Position numbers and translations under genes: made by a program | Shown: positions 25,805-40,030 of the stretch, one piece after another | Layout: the number at the start of each line of letters is the position of its first letter | Numbering within the stretch: the first letter of the stretch is position 1 | NCBI GenBank assembly: GCA_013265495.1 | Contig: MU057744.1 | Coordinates: 2,307,370-2,371,369 of the forward strand | DNA from: Vicugna vicugna | Taxonomy: Eukaryota | DNA length: 64,000 nt | Reading direction: 5' to 3' | Notes under the pieces: model-generated | The model's database searches: none | Told to the model about the DNA's origin: nothing | Seen by the model: only the letters and a program-made list of their open reading frames with translations

Positions 25805-25920
25805 AGGAAGAGCGACCTGGTTTGAATCCTGTTTCTTCCACTCTTGTAACCTTTGGTAAATAATTTAAACTCTCTGGGCCTCCCGTTTCTCACTGATGTG
25901 GGATGAGGACAAGAAGTGGG
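25805..25920 (+). mobile_element. MIR SINE
   Basis: gacctggtttgaatcctg...tgtaacctttggtaaataatttaaactctctgggcctcccgtttctcac. Confidence 0.7.
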
Positions 25921-28094
25921 TTTTGCATTGATCTCTTTCAGGGTGAGACCTCGTGCCTGGACTCTGCTGATAAAAGCTATTCTTCTGGCCAAATCTTTGG
26001 AGAGATGAGGGGACTTGATTGAAACTTAGCCTCAAAATCATTGAAACATAATGACTACGGTAGAGCCTGCAAAATCTGGCGTTTTGAAAATGCGAAAGTT
26101 ACTTTTGAATATGATTTTAGGACAGAGTATCCCTAACACTGGGTTCTTTATGGAGCAGTTGCTTCCAAGTTCAGAAACCAAGGCTGGAAAACTCCAGGAA
26201 GAATATATAGATATTCATCTTGCCCTCATAATGGACGACGTTTATAAAAATGAAATAAAAATGAATATATATATATTTCTAAATCAGCTGGAAATGGAGC
26301 AGTTTTAGTTTATTGCTCTCGCGGGATTGCCTGAGGGGGCCGCCCTGTCAGAGCGCACAGGAGATGAAGCTTCAGCCTAGACCAGAGAATGAGGAGTGGG
26401 AAGGCTTCCTGAGCGTGGGTGAGGTGGGCCGTGCTCACAGCCCATGCTGGAGGGGGAGAGAGGTCTTCCTGGACGGCACACACACATCTGCCTGTGGGTC
26501 AGCTGTCCCTGCAGGGAGGGAGGGTTATTAAAAGACTTCAGAGAAGCAAGCTATGGCTGAGCACCCTGGGCTGCAAGATCAAATCTTTATCTGGCTCTGG
26601 TGTCCCCGGGCTCTGATGCAGTTCTCAGCTGCGCTGGTCACCGGTGTGGAGACACGTCCGGCTCCCACAGGTGTCGCCCCTCCTCATGCAGCAACCCCGC
26701 CTCGCAGTCCCCAGGTCCCTGAGGGCCCCACCACGGAGCTGAGGACTCGTTCCCTTCCCAGCCCAGTCAGGGCCGGGCCCGGGAGACTCTGAGGGACATG
26801 GGCCGTTTCTCCCGGGAAAGTTTGGAAGGAAGACTTCCTGTAACAGCCGGGCTGCCGTACCCCCAGGAGCGAGCCCTGGGCGCCGGGGATTCAGGCTGCA
26901 CTGCAAGTCTGTCCTGCTGCAGTGCAACCCTGGTGTGTCTTCTGCAAGTTTTCTTCTCGCCCTCTTTGTTCTCCCGACCCCTTCCCTCCCGCCCCAAGCC
27001 AGTGGCAACAGCAGAGAGACTGAAAGTCACAGACTGGCAGGTGATCAACACCTCGAAGGGAGCCAGTCTGGACAGATGTCACCCGTGGTCTCACCCACCA
27101 GAGCCAGGAAATGACAGAACTGTCCTCCGCGATCAACCAAATAAAGACCTCGTCTCTCCACCACATCTTCTCATACGAATCTCATGCCACAAACAAGCAT
27201 CAAGTTATGCCTGCCGCCAAGCAGAGCTTCCTTCCTGTAATGCCCAGGTGACTTCTCTGCCAGGGGGTCTGCACGCATGTCTTCAGGAGCAGGATGAGGA
27301 AGCACTCCAGAGCACTCCATTCTGGACTCTCCCAGAATTCCACTCAGATTAAAACAGACAAACCTGTTAACGACTCATTCTCCCCCAAATTAACACTTCA
27401 AGTATTCCATAAAAAACAAATCAAAAACATTTTTCTAAATAGGGAAGGCCTTCTCGTGCCTGCGCTGTAACTCGGGCACTGTTCACCAAGCCCTCTGGAA
27501 TGCAACGCGAGTGTTGCAGCATTTAGGATGCTTCCCCCAGATTCCCATCCTCACACGTTGTGCAGGTAGGCTCTGAACCAAGGTTTCATTGGATCCTTTC
27601 AATCCTGTGTGTCTTCATTCATCAATTATTTTTTAGCATTTCTGTTCCATTCCGCTGGGCAGAAATTGGCAAAGTACGTGGACACAGATGACTGCTCTAG
27701 GGGAACAGGAGCACAGGATATCTTAAGACAGTTAAGAGCAGTTGATCCAGTGCCTTCCTGGGTCACCTGATTTTGTTTTACTAAGTTGAAGTCTCTAACA
27801 TGCAAGTGCCTGTGTAAACAGAAAGATCAATTTATCAGGTGATGCAGATGTTCAAGGACGTTACAGAAACCACTCTAGTTTTTGTTTCCTTTTTCCCGCT
27901 CCCATCAAAGTGCTTGCTGTTCTCTAGCAAGAAGCTCCCTCAGCAGCACAGGACGGGGACGGGGGCCGGAGCGTCGCTCACGCCTCAGGGACCATGAGCT
28001 GGAACCTGTTGACCCCATTTCCAGTTGTTTCATTTGTTCCAACTGAAAAACACTACAATCAGTCTGGAACTCAGAGGAAAATAATCACATAATA

Positions 28095-28745
28095 AGTGAT
28101 TTGGGGAATAAAAATTAAACCAAAAATGAGATACCACTACACACTATTAGAGGGACTAAAGTTTAAAAAAACAAAAAAAATTTGAGTGATGGTTAAAATG
28201 AGGATTATAAGAAAAAATTGAGTGCCTCATAATTTGAAAATGGGAATGTAAAATAACGCAAACTCTTTGGAAGAAGTTAACTTAAACCTATCTGTACACT
28301 CACCCTACGTCCCAGGAACCCTCCCTGGAGGTTTTCACTCCACGTCCGCAGAAAGATGTAAATACAATTGTTCATGGACGTTTTATTGATGGCAATGAAA
28401 ACCTGGAAACTATTCAGACTTCCATCTGCAGTGAAAGTCAACAAGCTACTTACACCAACAACATGAGACTTGAAAAAAATTATACCGAGTGAAAGATTTC
28501 AGATATACAGTGGATCCTACCATGGGTACCATTTAGTGAAATCCTAGAGGGGGCAAAATTTATAACGGCAGGAAGAAAATTTTTGGTTGCCTACACCTGG
28601 GAAGCTGGAGGAATTGACCTTAAAGGGGCCAGAGAAAATTTTTTGAAATGATGGAAATATTCTATATCTTTTTTTGATGGTGGTTACATGAGTGTACACT
28701 TTGGAAATGGATACATTTTATTGTATATAAATTATACCTAAAATA
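28095..28745 (+). mobile_element. L1ME-type 3' region
   Basis: aaaattaaaccaaaaatgagataccactacac...tgggaatgtaaaat...tgatggaaatattctatatc...ttttattgtatataaattatacc. Confidence 0.8.
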
Positions 28746-29228
28746 CATACAATGATCTGATTTTCAAAGAACTAGCTGGCATTTCTGTTTGAAATTTTTG
28801 TATCACTTTTCAGTCACCATCTCTAACAAAGAAATAAGAGTCAGAAAACCAAGCATGTGAATTCAACTTGAAGGACAACCCCTTTGTAACCAGAAAAGAA
28901 CAACATTCTTAGGCATCACTAATTTGGGAAAATTTGAAGCGTGTATGAAAATATCACCTTCAGCTGGACACGATTTGATCTATAATATGTGCTGGAACTT
29001 GACATCATAAACCCAGACGTCATTTTAACCTATTTTTGTTGGTTTTCTGCCCTTCCTTTCGGCACCGTGGGTAAACATGCTAGTGACACAGAACATAATG
29101 GCGATAACAGTCAGTCAGCTCTGAACCTGAACTCTTCCCCCACGGAGAAAAGAAATTAAAACCTTGCATTATGAAGTTCTCAGCTAGCTGGTCTGGGTTT
29201 CTTTTTTCACTGTTCATGTTTCCTCTAG

Positions 29229-29318
29229 GTGCTATACACAATTTAAAATATTCAAAATTCACACGCCTCTTAATATCCCTTGGCCGAAGACTGGCCGTTG
29301 CTTTTGACCTCCCAGAAG
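29229..29318 (+). other. Candidate 90-nt internal exon
   Basis: Long pyrimidine tract then tag|GT...GAAG|gtgaga; open in phase 1 (xAIHNLKYSKFTRLLISLGRRLAVAFDLPE). Confidence 0.25.
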
Positions 29319-29465
29319 GTGAGAGAACAGAGCCACATACTCAACAGGGAACAAACGTATAAAATACGCATTATAGATGTAAAACTTCAAACAGCTGCCC
29401 ATTTCCAAATTTATTAATTTAATATTCCCAGATTAAGTTTTTAATGTTTAATCAACTGAACTTAC

Positions 29466-29926
29466 TGCCGACTAAAAATGTTGCTCACCAGCTGTTTCTG
29501 CAAGAACAAAGTCATTAGCCACTGCAGTCGCTGACCTTCAACACACCCTGAAAGGAGTTCAGGGTGGAGATCAGAAACGGGGCGCTCTGTGCTCTGGGAA
29601 GTGGCAGAACAGGCCGTCAGAGAGATATTTTCAGGGGAAGACTTGATGAGCCCAATTGCCTGCATCTCCTGATATGTAGAAAAGCACTAAAATCATTGAT
29701 GGAGACCTCTGCATGACCAGTAGCAAGCCTCTGCCTAAATGTGCTGGGCTGCATGTCCACCAGCACCAAAATCACATGTGTGGGGACCTTCCTCGCCTCT
29801 TCGGGCCGTTCCCCGGAGCTCCCTGAGCTGCCATCTCGCGGGCTGAGGTCCTCATTTTGCCCCAATAAAACTGAATGCAGAGCTCTCACAGGCTGCGTTT
29901 TCTTTCTTTCTTCTTTCCAGTCAAGG
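29466..29926 (+). mobile_element. ERV1-class solo LTR (cetartiodactyl type)
   Basis: tgccgactaaaa...cagtcaagg termini; ccctgaaaggagttcagggtgg; gaaaagcactaaaatcatt; gtcctcattttgccccaataaaact. Confidence 0.85.
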
Positions 29927-31769
29927 CTCCCTCCATGCTGACTTGACCACGTGTTACGTTGCTCTCAACCCTGAGTTTCATCTGGATAAAGATACTTTTG
30001 ATCCAGCCTGGCCCCACGCCTCTGGATTTTGGCGTTCACTGGGGCTGCTTCGCAGCGCCAACGTGGAGGAGATCTGGAAGACTCTAATGTGACAGGAAGC
30101 GGCTGTGACGAGGCATCACAGATACCCTGTTTGCATTTTAATTTTTCCCTTGTCTTTTATTACCGGAAACATTTGCAGTATAGAAAAACTGGCCCAGGAA
30201 AATCACTTGTGTCTTCTGCGGCTTCACTGACTGCTTTTGCGCACGGTGATGTCATAATTAGTAGGTTGGGAAGAGAACTGATAATGTCACAAATGGGGTG
30301 TCATCACGTTTGAGGAGGGAAAAAACAAAAAGCAGGAATGAATGCCAATGGCTAATTTAACACAAGTACGTGCACACACACACACAGACACTGCTTTGTC
30401 AGGTGGAGGAAAGCTAGAAAACGAAAACTGGAAATTTAGTAAAATGATTGCTTCTTATTTAGCGAAGTTATTTTAAAGGCATGTTAGCATTACAGCAGCA
30501 CAGTTTTATAGAATGCCGTGGTGTTACGTATTAGAAGATATGTATTTCTTGATTGATAAATGATGTGCGAAATATCATTCTTTAAAACCAATCTAAGCCC
30601 TAAATGCAAATTTTTTAAAAGACGTTTTTATGGGGGAAAATATACTTTTTCTTCCACTTTAGATACTTTCTTGATTGAATGAGACTTTGGAACTGCACAA
30701 ATGACGGAGCCAACACCCTTGTCCTAGGGTCTCGGCCATCACGGGCCACTTTTACCGGGGAGGCCCGCTGAGCACGGAGCACGCAGCTTCTGGGTCGGGA
30801 GGTAAGGGCCAGTCTTGGGCCTAGGGCTATCGAGAGGTCTGTGAAGTCTGAATCTGTCCGATGACGTCTGAAACCGGGAGAGAACTGGAGCAACAGGAGT
30901 GGAATCCAGACCTGCCTGTGTGAGAATTCCTAAACAAGTGGCTTTAATTCCTTCTCTCTGTGGGGGAAGAGCTGGGGCTGTAAACTGAATGATCGTCACT
31001 ATCATTATTTTCCGTATCTCTCGCTGTATATTCACGTCGGGTGTCAAATTCAAGGCGAGCAAACCAGCGGCCTGGGTTGTAATAACGTCTGTGTTACCGG
31101 TGTCAAGTTCCAACACGCATTCCAAACCCAACCACGGGTACCCCCTGGATATTCTGCGTTTCCAAATTTCCCAAATGAAAAGTGCCCAGGAACTTTTTCC
31201 CCCAAATGACAGATGGGTCCTTTTCAAGTTGAGCTGTCATGCTTGGCTTTCTATTACTACATTTCTTCGTTGGAGATCATCACTGACAAATGGTAGAAAA
31301 ACTTACACAAAAATGCCAACTACTTTTTGGCAACTTCAGTAATTACATAAATTACAATAATATTTCAGAAAAAGCCTGTGTTTTAGTAATGTTTTTAGGA
31401 TAAAGTCACTCGTTTGAATGATTAGCTGAACTGCTACTAAACCTAAGGTTGCTTCTGGTCTTGGGGTCCCTAGATCGCTGTCTTTGCTCAACGACTCCTA
31501 GATTCTCACTGTTTCATTAATGCCGCCAGCGACTTCCTCGAGTCCCTCCAGACAGCTGAGGGGATGGGGCGGAGAAGGCCCTGTAACACAGCCCACTGTG
31601 CCTTAAACTACAGGAGCTAGCTTCTTCAGCGGCCCATAAACCAGTGCGAAGCTTTGGCTGCTCCAATGGCACCACGAGTGGTCTCCCCTCTTCCTCCCAG
31701 ACGAGCAAAATTAAATGACTGACACGGGGCAACACTGGCAAATGTCTGAATAAACAAACACTTGTGTCC

Positions 31770-32030
31770 TGTTAATAGAAATTGGTGTGGCGTTTTGGAG
31801 GACAACCTGGAAGTGCACGTTCAAGTTTTATATATTAGCCCCTGTGACCTAACAATTGCACCTTTTGGAAACATCCTGCAGAAAAATCAAAGATCTGCCT
31901 GCAGGCATTTGTGTCCGTGTGTGTTCACTGCAGCAGCATCAGTCACACTGAAAGCTGTCAGGCACATGCACACGCATCAGCAGAGAAATCACCGAATAAA
32001 CAGCGATGTGTCCATATTCCGTATCAGAGA
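31770..32030 (+). mobile_element. Ancient L1M ORF2 3' fragment
   Basis: aaattggtg...ttttggaggacaacctgg...ccctgtgacctaacaattgcacct...tgttcactgcagca. Confidence 0.6.
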
Positions 32031-32859
32031 CTGGCTGGGTAACAGTCTCCCGTCTCCTCCTCTTCATCACTCAGGGGCAGCATCTGCCTCCTTAGCCCGT
32101 AAGGGCTGCCCCGTGGGAACGGAACTGCGCCCACAGAAGGTGGGGTCGGGCGAGGGCTGAGCGGCCCCGCTTCAGGCTTGGCTCACGGCATTCTCCTCAT
32201 CTGACCCTCCCCATGACCTCGCTGATGGCTGCCTGGGGAAGAGGCGGCAAGACGTCCGAGGCCCTGCGATGGCAGAGCTGCAGACGGAGAGAGACTCGGG
32301 CTCGGGACAAGAGTCACCTGCCACTCACAGGAGCCTGGCTTTTCTGCGACAAGCAAGGGCTTTCTGCTTCTCTGAGCTACTGGAATTTTGCGGTTACGGC
32401 AGCTGGTGTTATTTTCCCATGAATACTCTCAGGAAATAGAAACTGTCATCTTCTAGACTAAAGTAAATGCCAGCGTTCTGACACTGAAATATATGCATGC
32501 TATTTTATTGTAAAGTGAGAATGCCACGTCCCGGAGCAGTATGTTCACTATGATCTCATGCAGAAGCGTGCAAGTGGATGTACCAAATCATTAACACTCA
32601 CGGACGACCGTACCTACTCGGACAAACACATTTTCTTTAGGATGTCTCAGAAGAGACTTCCCGTTAAATAGTGATTAACTTCACCATAAGCTGGCAGGGC
32701 CAACGCGGAAGTGCACAGGCCTAACTTGATAAAAACTTGAGTCGTAGTTCAAGTAACTTTGGACGACTTACCTATGTTTACTGCATTTGATTCAGGCTAT
32801 TTGCAGAACCTATTCAAGGACAAAATTACAATTCAAATAGCCCTGTCTGGATACTGATG

Positions 32860-33080
32860 ACTGTACATAACATAGACAGACAGCAGGGCCCTGCTCTGCA
32901 GCACAGGGAGCTGTATTCAGTGTCTGGTAACGGCCCACAGTGGAAAAGAATATGAAAAACTACACACATGTGTATAACGGAGTCACTCTGCTGTTCACCT
33001 GAAGCAACACAACATTGTGAATTAACTATACTTCAGTTATAAACTCTTAAAAGAATAAAAAATAATTAAAAATTAAAATA
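32860..33080 (+). mobile_element. L1 3' UTR end
   Basis: cagcacagggagctgtattcag...ggaaaagaatatg...gtcactctgctgttcacctgaa...cattgtgaattaactatacttca, then A-rich tail. Confidence 0.85.
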
Positions 33081-35049
33081 TATATCTGCCTATATTCTCG
33101 GGGAAAGGATTGCGTGGGAAACCAACCTGTGAGGTTCCGTATGACTGACGACTAGTACGAGGGACCTTAGTCTGTTTAATAAGGTCAAATTCGACACATT
33201 GGAAGATATTGGAGGCAGCCCAATGCAATGAATGCTCCCTATTACCACATTGTTATCGCCGCCTTTTGAACATTCAACAAACTACGCATATACATTTTAA
33301 AGCATACAAATGAAGTTTTGAGAATTTTACTTCCAGCTTTGGTCGCTGAAATAATTTAGAGACCAGTCATTCACGTAACCAGGAACTGTGCCATGACTCG
33401 ATTCCATCGCTTAAAGAAAAGTTGGTCATGGCAATCACTTGATAATGATTTTGGAGTGAACGAACGATTTCAAACTGAGGGCCTGACTTTGCAGAATAAA
33501 CCTCTAACACATAAGTAAACTAAATATTTGCAGGAAAACACTTGAGTAACACGTACATACGTATACATCCATCGTGCCTGTTCATTTGTTCGCTCTGCGA
33601 ATACATCTAACCTCCTCCTGAGCCAGGCACAGACCTGGCTGCCGGGCTGGGGGCAGAGACCAAGACAGGTGACGCTGGCTGAGCCGTGAACTCGGGGCTC
33701 TGCTCGTGTACCTGGTATAGTAGCATGGGTGTGGTTATACTTTTACTACCAGAAAAAAAAAGATAAAACCCTGTCTAATGTGACTAGATTGTAGAACAAA
33801 ATCATATTAAAAAAAAATCAAGTAATCAAAACACAACGTGACTTACAGGCTCGACCTCTGACGGCTGCTGGCTACAAAGCTGTCCCGTTGCTTTATCTCT
33901 GAGCACTGATTAGCGGCTGAGAGAACATGTAGTGGGCTGTACTTCAGGTAATCTGTATATACACTTGACATGAATTTTTCATCTGATGTGAAAAAAGTTT
34001 CCTGTCTTAATTAAACTCAACTGTAATTGTACTGAGGAATGGGGAATACATATGTAGGTACGTACGGGTGAATCAGTTATTTAATTAATGCTGTCTTGCT
34101 GGCAAGATACAAAGAAAAAGAATTTTAATCATGGTGAACTAACAGGGTATTAAGTTTTGATATCACTTGTACTTCCAAAGGAATTCATTATAATTTATTT
34201 TTAATTAATATGCCACTGTTAACAAGTGCTACCCCAAAAGGATACAGTGCATCATTTCTCTTTCAAAGTTAATAAAGTAATTCCAGTGTTTTAAAAGCCC
34301 CCGTTTGCTATTTGGTTTCAAGCGCCAGATGCAGTCTTAATCATTTCTTACCTATAGCGTTATAAGATGCCGTTTTCTTAAACTATTATTTCTTTAATGC
34401 TTCTGTTAAATAGATTTGTTCAAATTCAGTATGAAATTATATGCTGGACTAACTTTAGTTTCAAGGTAGAACAAAGCAGATAACGAGAAACACTAGCTCT
34501 GAGTTGAAAATGTACACCTGCGTTTACAACACATACACATACAACACACATTCACTCATTTGTAAAAGTAGTTTGAGTTCTATTTCAAGAGTCAAGTATG
34601 CATTGTATAAAATGAATACTTTTTTATTTCATAAAAACAAAATTAGTTTGGAAATTATCTTGTCTTCCCACATACTAATTAGGTGGTTTGATAAAAAATT
34701 AACAAAATAAATTTATAAATAACAGAATTTACATTTATTTTTGAAATACACTTGGGATAATAAACTACCCTTTGGGGGAAGATGAGTCACACAGTCCTTT
34801 AAAGACGTCTCTTCTTGCTCTGTTTTCTCCCTGTCTAACTACCTAACATGAATTTCAAGAACGAGGGTGGGGAAGGCTCTAAGAACTACTTGCTCCATTT
34901 GACTTCTGGTGAGTCCTGTGATCCTGGAGGTAAAATGTTCTTGGTAGACGTCCTGGGAGACACTCCATTCATTTCCATCAAATTCCACCATAAAGTGGTG
35001 GCACATTCCTGTCATCCCATGAGGATGGAGAACAGGACAAAACGCATTC

Positions 35050-35179
35050 TGGGCAGGGCTCTCACACGTCCCACAAACGAGACTCTGTCGGCCCCGCCTG
35101 CAGGGAGGTGACTCTGGAGGCCTGGGCTGGGCTGTGAGAATCTGCTTTTGAACCAGGGCCACACTTTGAGAATCACTCT
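35050..35179. mobile_element. MER5A-like fragment
   Basis: gagaatctgctttt...ccacactttgagaatcact is a MER5A-type terminus. Confidence 0.5.
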
Positions 35180-35535
35180 TTGTTTATTTTTAATTGAAGT
35201 ACAGTCAGTTTACAATGTTGTGTCAATATCTGGGGGACAGCATCATGTTTCAGTCATACATACACTTACGTATATTCCTTTCCTTCATAAGTTACTACAA
35301 GACATTGAATACAGTTCCCTGTGCTGTACAGTAGGAACTTGTTGTTTATCTGTTTCATGTCTAGTAGTGTGTGTCTGCAAATCTCGAACTCCTAATTTAT
35401 CCCTTCCCACTGCCTTGCCCCCTGGTAACCCAGAGAAAGAGAAAGAAAAATATCATATGATATCACTTACATGTGGATTCTAAAAAAAAAACCAAATGAA
35501 CTTATCTACAAAACAGAAATAGACTGACAGACATA
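35180..35535 (-). mobile_element. 5'-inverted (twin-primed) L1 3' end with 12-bp TSD
   Basis: 35180-35430 is the antisense L1 3' end; 35431-35535 is the sense upstream segment; TSD gagaatcactct at 35168-35179 and 35536-35547. Confidence 0.9.
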
Positions 35536-37759
35536 GAGAATCACTCTGCTAAAATCGTGTCCAAATGACAGCAGATTTTTAACCTCAGATAGGGAAGAGC
35601 TTCGTTTCCTTAAGGACTTGGCTGACTTAGTTCCTCAGTCACATGAAGCGACTGCATAGCAAATGACCCTTAGGAAGTTTTCAGGAAGTAAGTGAGATGT
35701 TTCTATTTCCTCTTTTATCAATGAATGGTTAATTGTTCAATGTAAAATATACCAGAAATGCTTGAATTTACGGGTGGACCATGATGCCTTTAATCCAGCA
35801 AGAAATCCAGAAAACTGGGTTTGATACTTCATACTAAAGGCCATTATTTTTAGCTTCTTTGCATTTTGCAATGGATTGCAGATTTAGATTTTAATTACCA
35901 TGACAGAACCAGTTACATCAACTTTCTGCCAAATCCTGTATGATATCCACTTTTTGGATGGTGTGGTAGACCTGATAGATTATTTTTTTTCCCTTGTGTT
36001 ACAAGATTGGCACATAGTTTTGCTTTCATTGTTAAAATTTACACATATAAGGAAAAATATTGACATGTGCTTATGCTACCACTGTGATGTTGAATTTTAG
36101 TCAAATTTATACACATTATTTAAAATGTGTGCAAAACGTTTGGTTTAAACACATCACATACATTTTTAATATACAGTCAATGAATGAACTAAAATTAACC
36201 TTGTTATTCAGTAATGATTTTTTTTAAATAACCTTTGAGTACTAAGAGTCAACTTGGCGTTTCTTAAGGGTTTTACAAAAAATTTAGATATGAAGTCACA
36301 TCATCAGACCAATTCTAACCTAAATATAGAAAATGCTACAATCTCAAGTGCAAAGTAATTTTTTGGTTACTTTACTTTTTTAGATGTGTTACAATTCAAC
36401 TAGTTGCCAGATTAATGTGAAAAGTCTGTTGTGGGATCTTTTGTTAATATCTAATGCTTATAAAATTGCATGTGAAAGATGAAGACTCTGTACTAGCAAA
36501 ACAGTTTAGAACTGTCTGGTTTCCCATGGACTACAACCCATATTTTCATTCTCTTGATGGCATTAAGAAACTTGGAAAATAAAGTTAAAGAAACCTATGG
36601 AAACTTGTATTTTGAGAACAAAATATAGTCCAAACGGATTAGCAAACAAAAGGGCAGCAGAAGCATCAAGTCTAAAGCGAAATCGGCGAGTAAGAGGCAA
36701 GAGTCTGAATTCCTTTGTAGACCATGTTTACACTGAAGTCCGTTGCGTATTCCTGCATTACTGGAAATCAGTTCAACTGCCTCTTTGCTTTGGACTCGCT
36801 GGCTACAGGAGCCCCTCCCGAGAGCAGCATAATGCAAACCCCACGCGTGATGACGTATGTTCTAGCAGGAATGTGGAGGAAGGGAAGGGAAGGGAAATTA
36901 ACCCTAATAATACAGGATTTAACTCAACATACCCAAAATACAGTTTGAACACGTAATCAATACAAAAGTTTTAATGAGACCTTCCAAATTCTTGAAAGCG
37001 TATCTTCTAGCTCCATGGTCTATTTCACATTTAGAGCCTGCTTTAATCTGTGCTGGCCACAGTTCAAGTTCCCAAGAGCCACGTAACAGTGTGTTCTTAA
37101 TAGTCCTAACGAGAGTCCATCACAAGAACATGCTACACACAATGTATTACACATCTTCTTTAGTTTCATACTCCGCATCTGCGTTAGATACGTCCCTTCC
37201 AAAACACCAAGAGGTACAGCCGCCACCAAGAACGTGTACCCTGTAAACAACGTGTTGTATTTCTCAAACCCAGTAACCTTCTTCCTACCTATTTTTTTCT
37301 GTAACATGTAAGTTTAAAAAAAGGGTTCTTGAGTTAAAATTAGCTCATTTAGAAGTACTTATTTAGGGTCTTTCAAGTACAATGTGTATATTACCATATG
37401 TTTCTTTTTCACATGCAAACATAAAACTTCTTTTACATGCAAACATACATACAGCTCATAATGCCTCAAAAGCCTTCCGCTGCTAGTGCATTTGGGGTGG
37501 GTGTGTGGGTGTAAAAAATAAACATCCGTAGTAGTGTAAGTGATGCTGTCAGGACGATGGTTATGAGCTGCTGGAGTACAAAGTGAAGGGGTCATCAGGA
37601 AAAGCTACAGACAAAGCAGCGTTTCAGAGCGACCCGGAAGGAAGGGGTGCAGCCCGAGCGAAGGCAAGAGAGCGAGCCGTCCGTCACGGGCAGCACAGAC
37701 CAGAGCCTACAGCCACGCCTGTCATCCTACTAGAGGCTCTTCTGCGTGACTTTATTTCA

Positions 37760-37910
37760 TTTAGTCCCGGGGAGAACGCTCCTGGGGGAAGTATAATTGT
37801 TACCTTGATGTTTCAAATGATGGAGCTGAGAAAAAGTGGATTCTTCCCAGGACATAAAGCTAGCAGACTGAGCCAGGCATGAGAGTAGCCAGAATTTCCC
37901 CAGAGGCCAG
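37760..37910 (-). mobile_element. MIR SINE
   Basis: tgtttcaaatgatggagctgag...ttcccaggacataaagctag...gagccagg. Confidence 0.55.
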
Positions 37911-40030
37911 TCCCTGCACCACCGCGGGGCTCCCGTAGCTGAGAGCTCGCGCTGGTGCGCCAACGTGCTGTGACTAGCGTCGTCACATCCTCTAAGTGCG
38001 CCTCACGCCAGCTGTGTCCTTCGGTAGTCGGCTGAGTTGACTGTTAGTTAAGCAAAGAAGACCTGCAAGATGACAGCTCAGTCTGGAAGAGACAGTGTGT
38101 CTGCAAGCAGCCTGCAAGGGACAAAGCCCCTGGAGTCAAAGAGGCCGGCCAGCATGGTGGGTTTGGATGGACAAAGGAAGGGACAGCACTTCACAGGGGT
38201 CGCGAATGAAGAAGACTCATTGGGAAAACTAAAATAATGATGATGATAAAACTGATAAATGGAAGTAAGGGTAGGTGCTAAATGAAAATAAGAAACAGAC
38301 CCGACAGGTGAAAGGGACGAGAGTCACGCAGGGTCAGGGAGAGGCGGCGGAGCCGGCGGCCTGCGGACGTGTGTTCTAATGCAGATGCTGTTTTACTCTT
38401 CTGAGCGAAGTTCTAGGTGGGGTCATCTCCTGGGTGTTTGATAAGGGAGGTGGCAGAAGTAGAGATTTGATAACACAAGAGTTTAAAATAGCTCATGATT
38501 CCAGAAAAACGCACCAACTAAGAATGTCCAGTCCTGCTAAGACACAATGTGCAGTTGCCTGAATTTTCTCCTCAGGTTTCTTTCCCAAGGCGCCTGTGTC
38601 GTTGGAACAAGGAGGCAAGAAAGTTGGAAACAGTGACAAGAGAGTAGTTGAAATTACAAATCATGGAATCTATCATTTATGGGAAGAAAATGAACTTAGG
38701 AGGGGCTGACTAAGAGAAGACAGACTGGAGGTCTTCATGAGGGAAAAACTCACTTTGCCCATTCGACGAGCAAGACCCCCTCCCCATTGCCCCCACCCCA
38801 CGATCTTCCTTTGCGAGCGAAATCTACGGAAAATGCACAGGGAAACGAGAAAGCAGGAAAGAAGAACATTACTTAAATTCCCAAGATAAGAAGACTCCAC
38901 ATTAAAAAAAAAAAACAAAATAAAAGTTTTTACAAGTACAAACAGAAAATGATCTGGAATAAACCTTTTCCAAAACTATCGTGATGAAGTTTTCTTTTAA
39001 AATCCAAATGATCTCCCTAAGGTTGGCAGAAAATGACTTTGACTTTAAGCATACAAGAACTCCTTGGTGAACGTGCATTTCAAACTTTTTTCCTTTTCAA
39101 AGAGGCTGTCTGATTTCATTAACAAAATCCTACATATGCTGAAATGATCAGTGATTTTTATCCTCCGCTATCAGTAATTCTATTTGCTTAGGAAAATATG
39201 ATGTAAGATTAATAGCTCATAACTTTTCTCAAATGTTACGTATGTAATTTATTGGCACTTGGTTTCCAGCCCCGATGACTCGGTTTCCTTCAAGCTGATA
39301 TGGTTCCGGAAACTTTAACAGACTGCGGCATGAATCTCAACAAGCCTGAATTCAACTGCAACCCCAGTTTTGCATAAAATCATGAGAAACAAGAGTTTCT
39401 CAGACATGTTCGGCATGTTCATTACTACTACATAAAATAAACTGCTTGTTTTACATACGGCAAACGCACATTAAAAAGTATGAGTTGAAGAGCCACTCAC
39501 ATATGAATACAAGAGAAGTTCTCTTAAAAAAATGTTTGTGAGAGGTGAAAATGCCATTTGGAATTCTGGATCAGAGACACTGAACTCTCTTACACGTGTT
39601 TTCTAATCTAACATGCATTTTGCTCTGGAGCTTTCAGGTGAGTACACGCACTCAAGCATCCACTAGTGAACACGTGCACAAAACCCAGCTGTGCTACTGT
39701 ACTGTAATGAACACGGCTATGCAAGGCTCTGCGGGCGCTAGGATGCATCTGAACCTAAAGGTCGTCCCCTAAAGAGCGAACATGGAGGAAAAGGTCCTGA
39801 AAATATTTAGATATGCCTTCTACTTGCAGAAGGTTCGATTTGGTGATCTTGGTAATTCTTGCATTGTTGTTTGAATTTCAAGTCTTCTTGACTTTGGTAT
39901 CACTGAGGGGGGGTAGTGGAAAGTAAGGATCTCGATGGGAAAGTCACCCAGATGTGAAATAAGGTCATCTGCATGCAGTTTTAAATGGATGTTTTCCCAA
40001 ATTATAAAGGATATGCTGTTCTTAAGCATG

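Noticed and set aside
28958..29030. Faint HMG-box-like pattern (VKMTSGFMM...YYRSNRVQLKA)
   Set aside because: Spacing is off and the downstream helices with the conserved Trp are missing; too weak without an HMM search.
37405..37450. Two-copy ~24-bp tandem repeat and microsatellites elsewhere ((ca)n, (gaaa)n, (ttttg)n)
   Set aside because: Ordinary slippage repeats.
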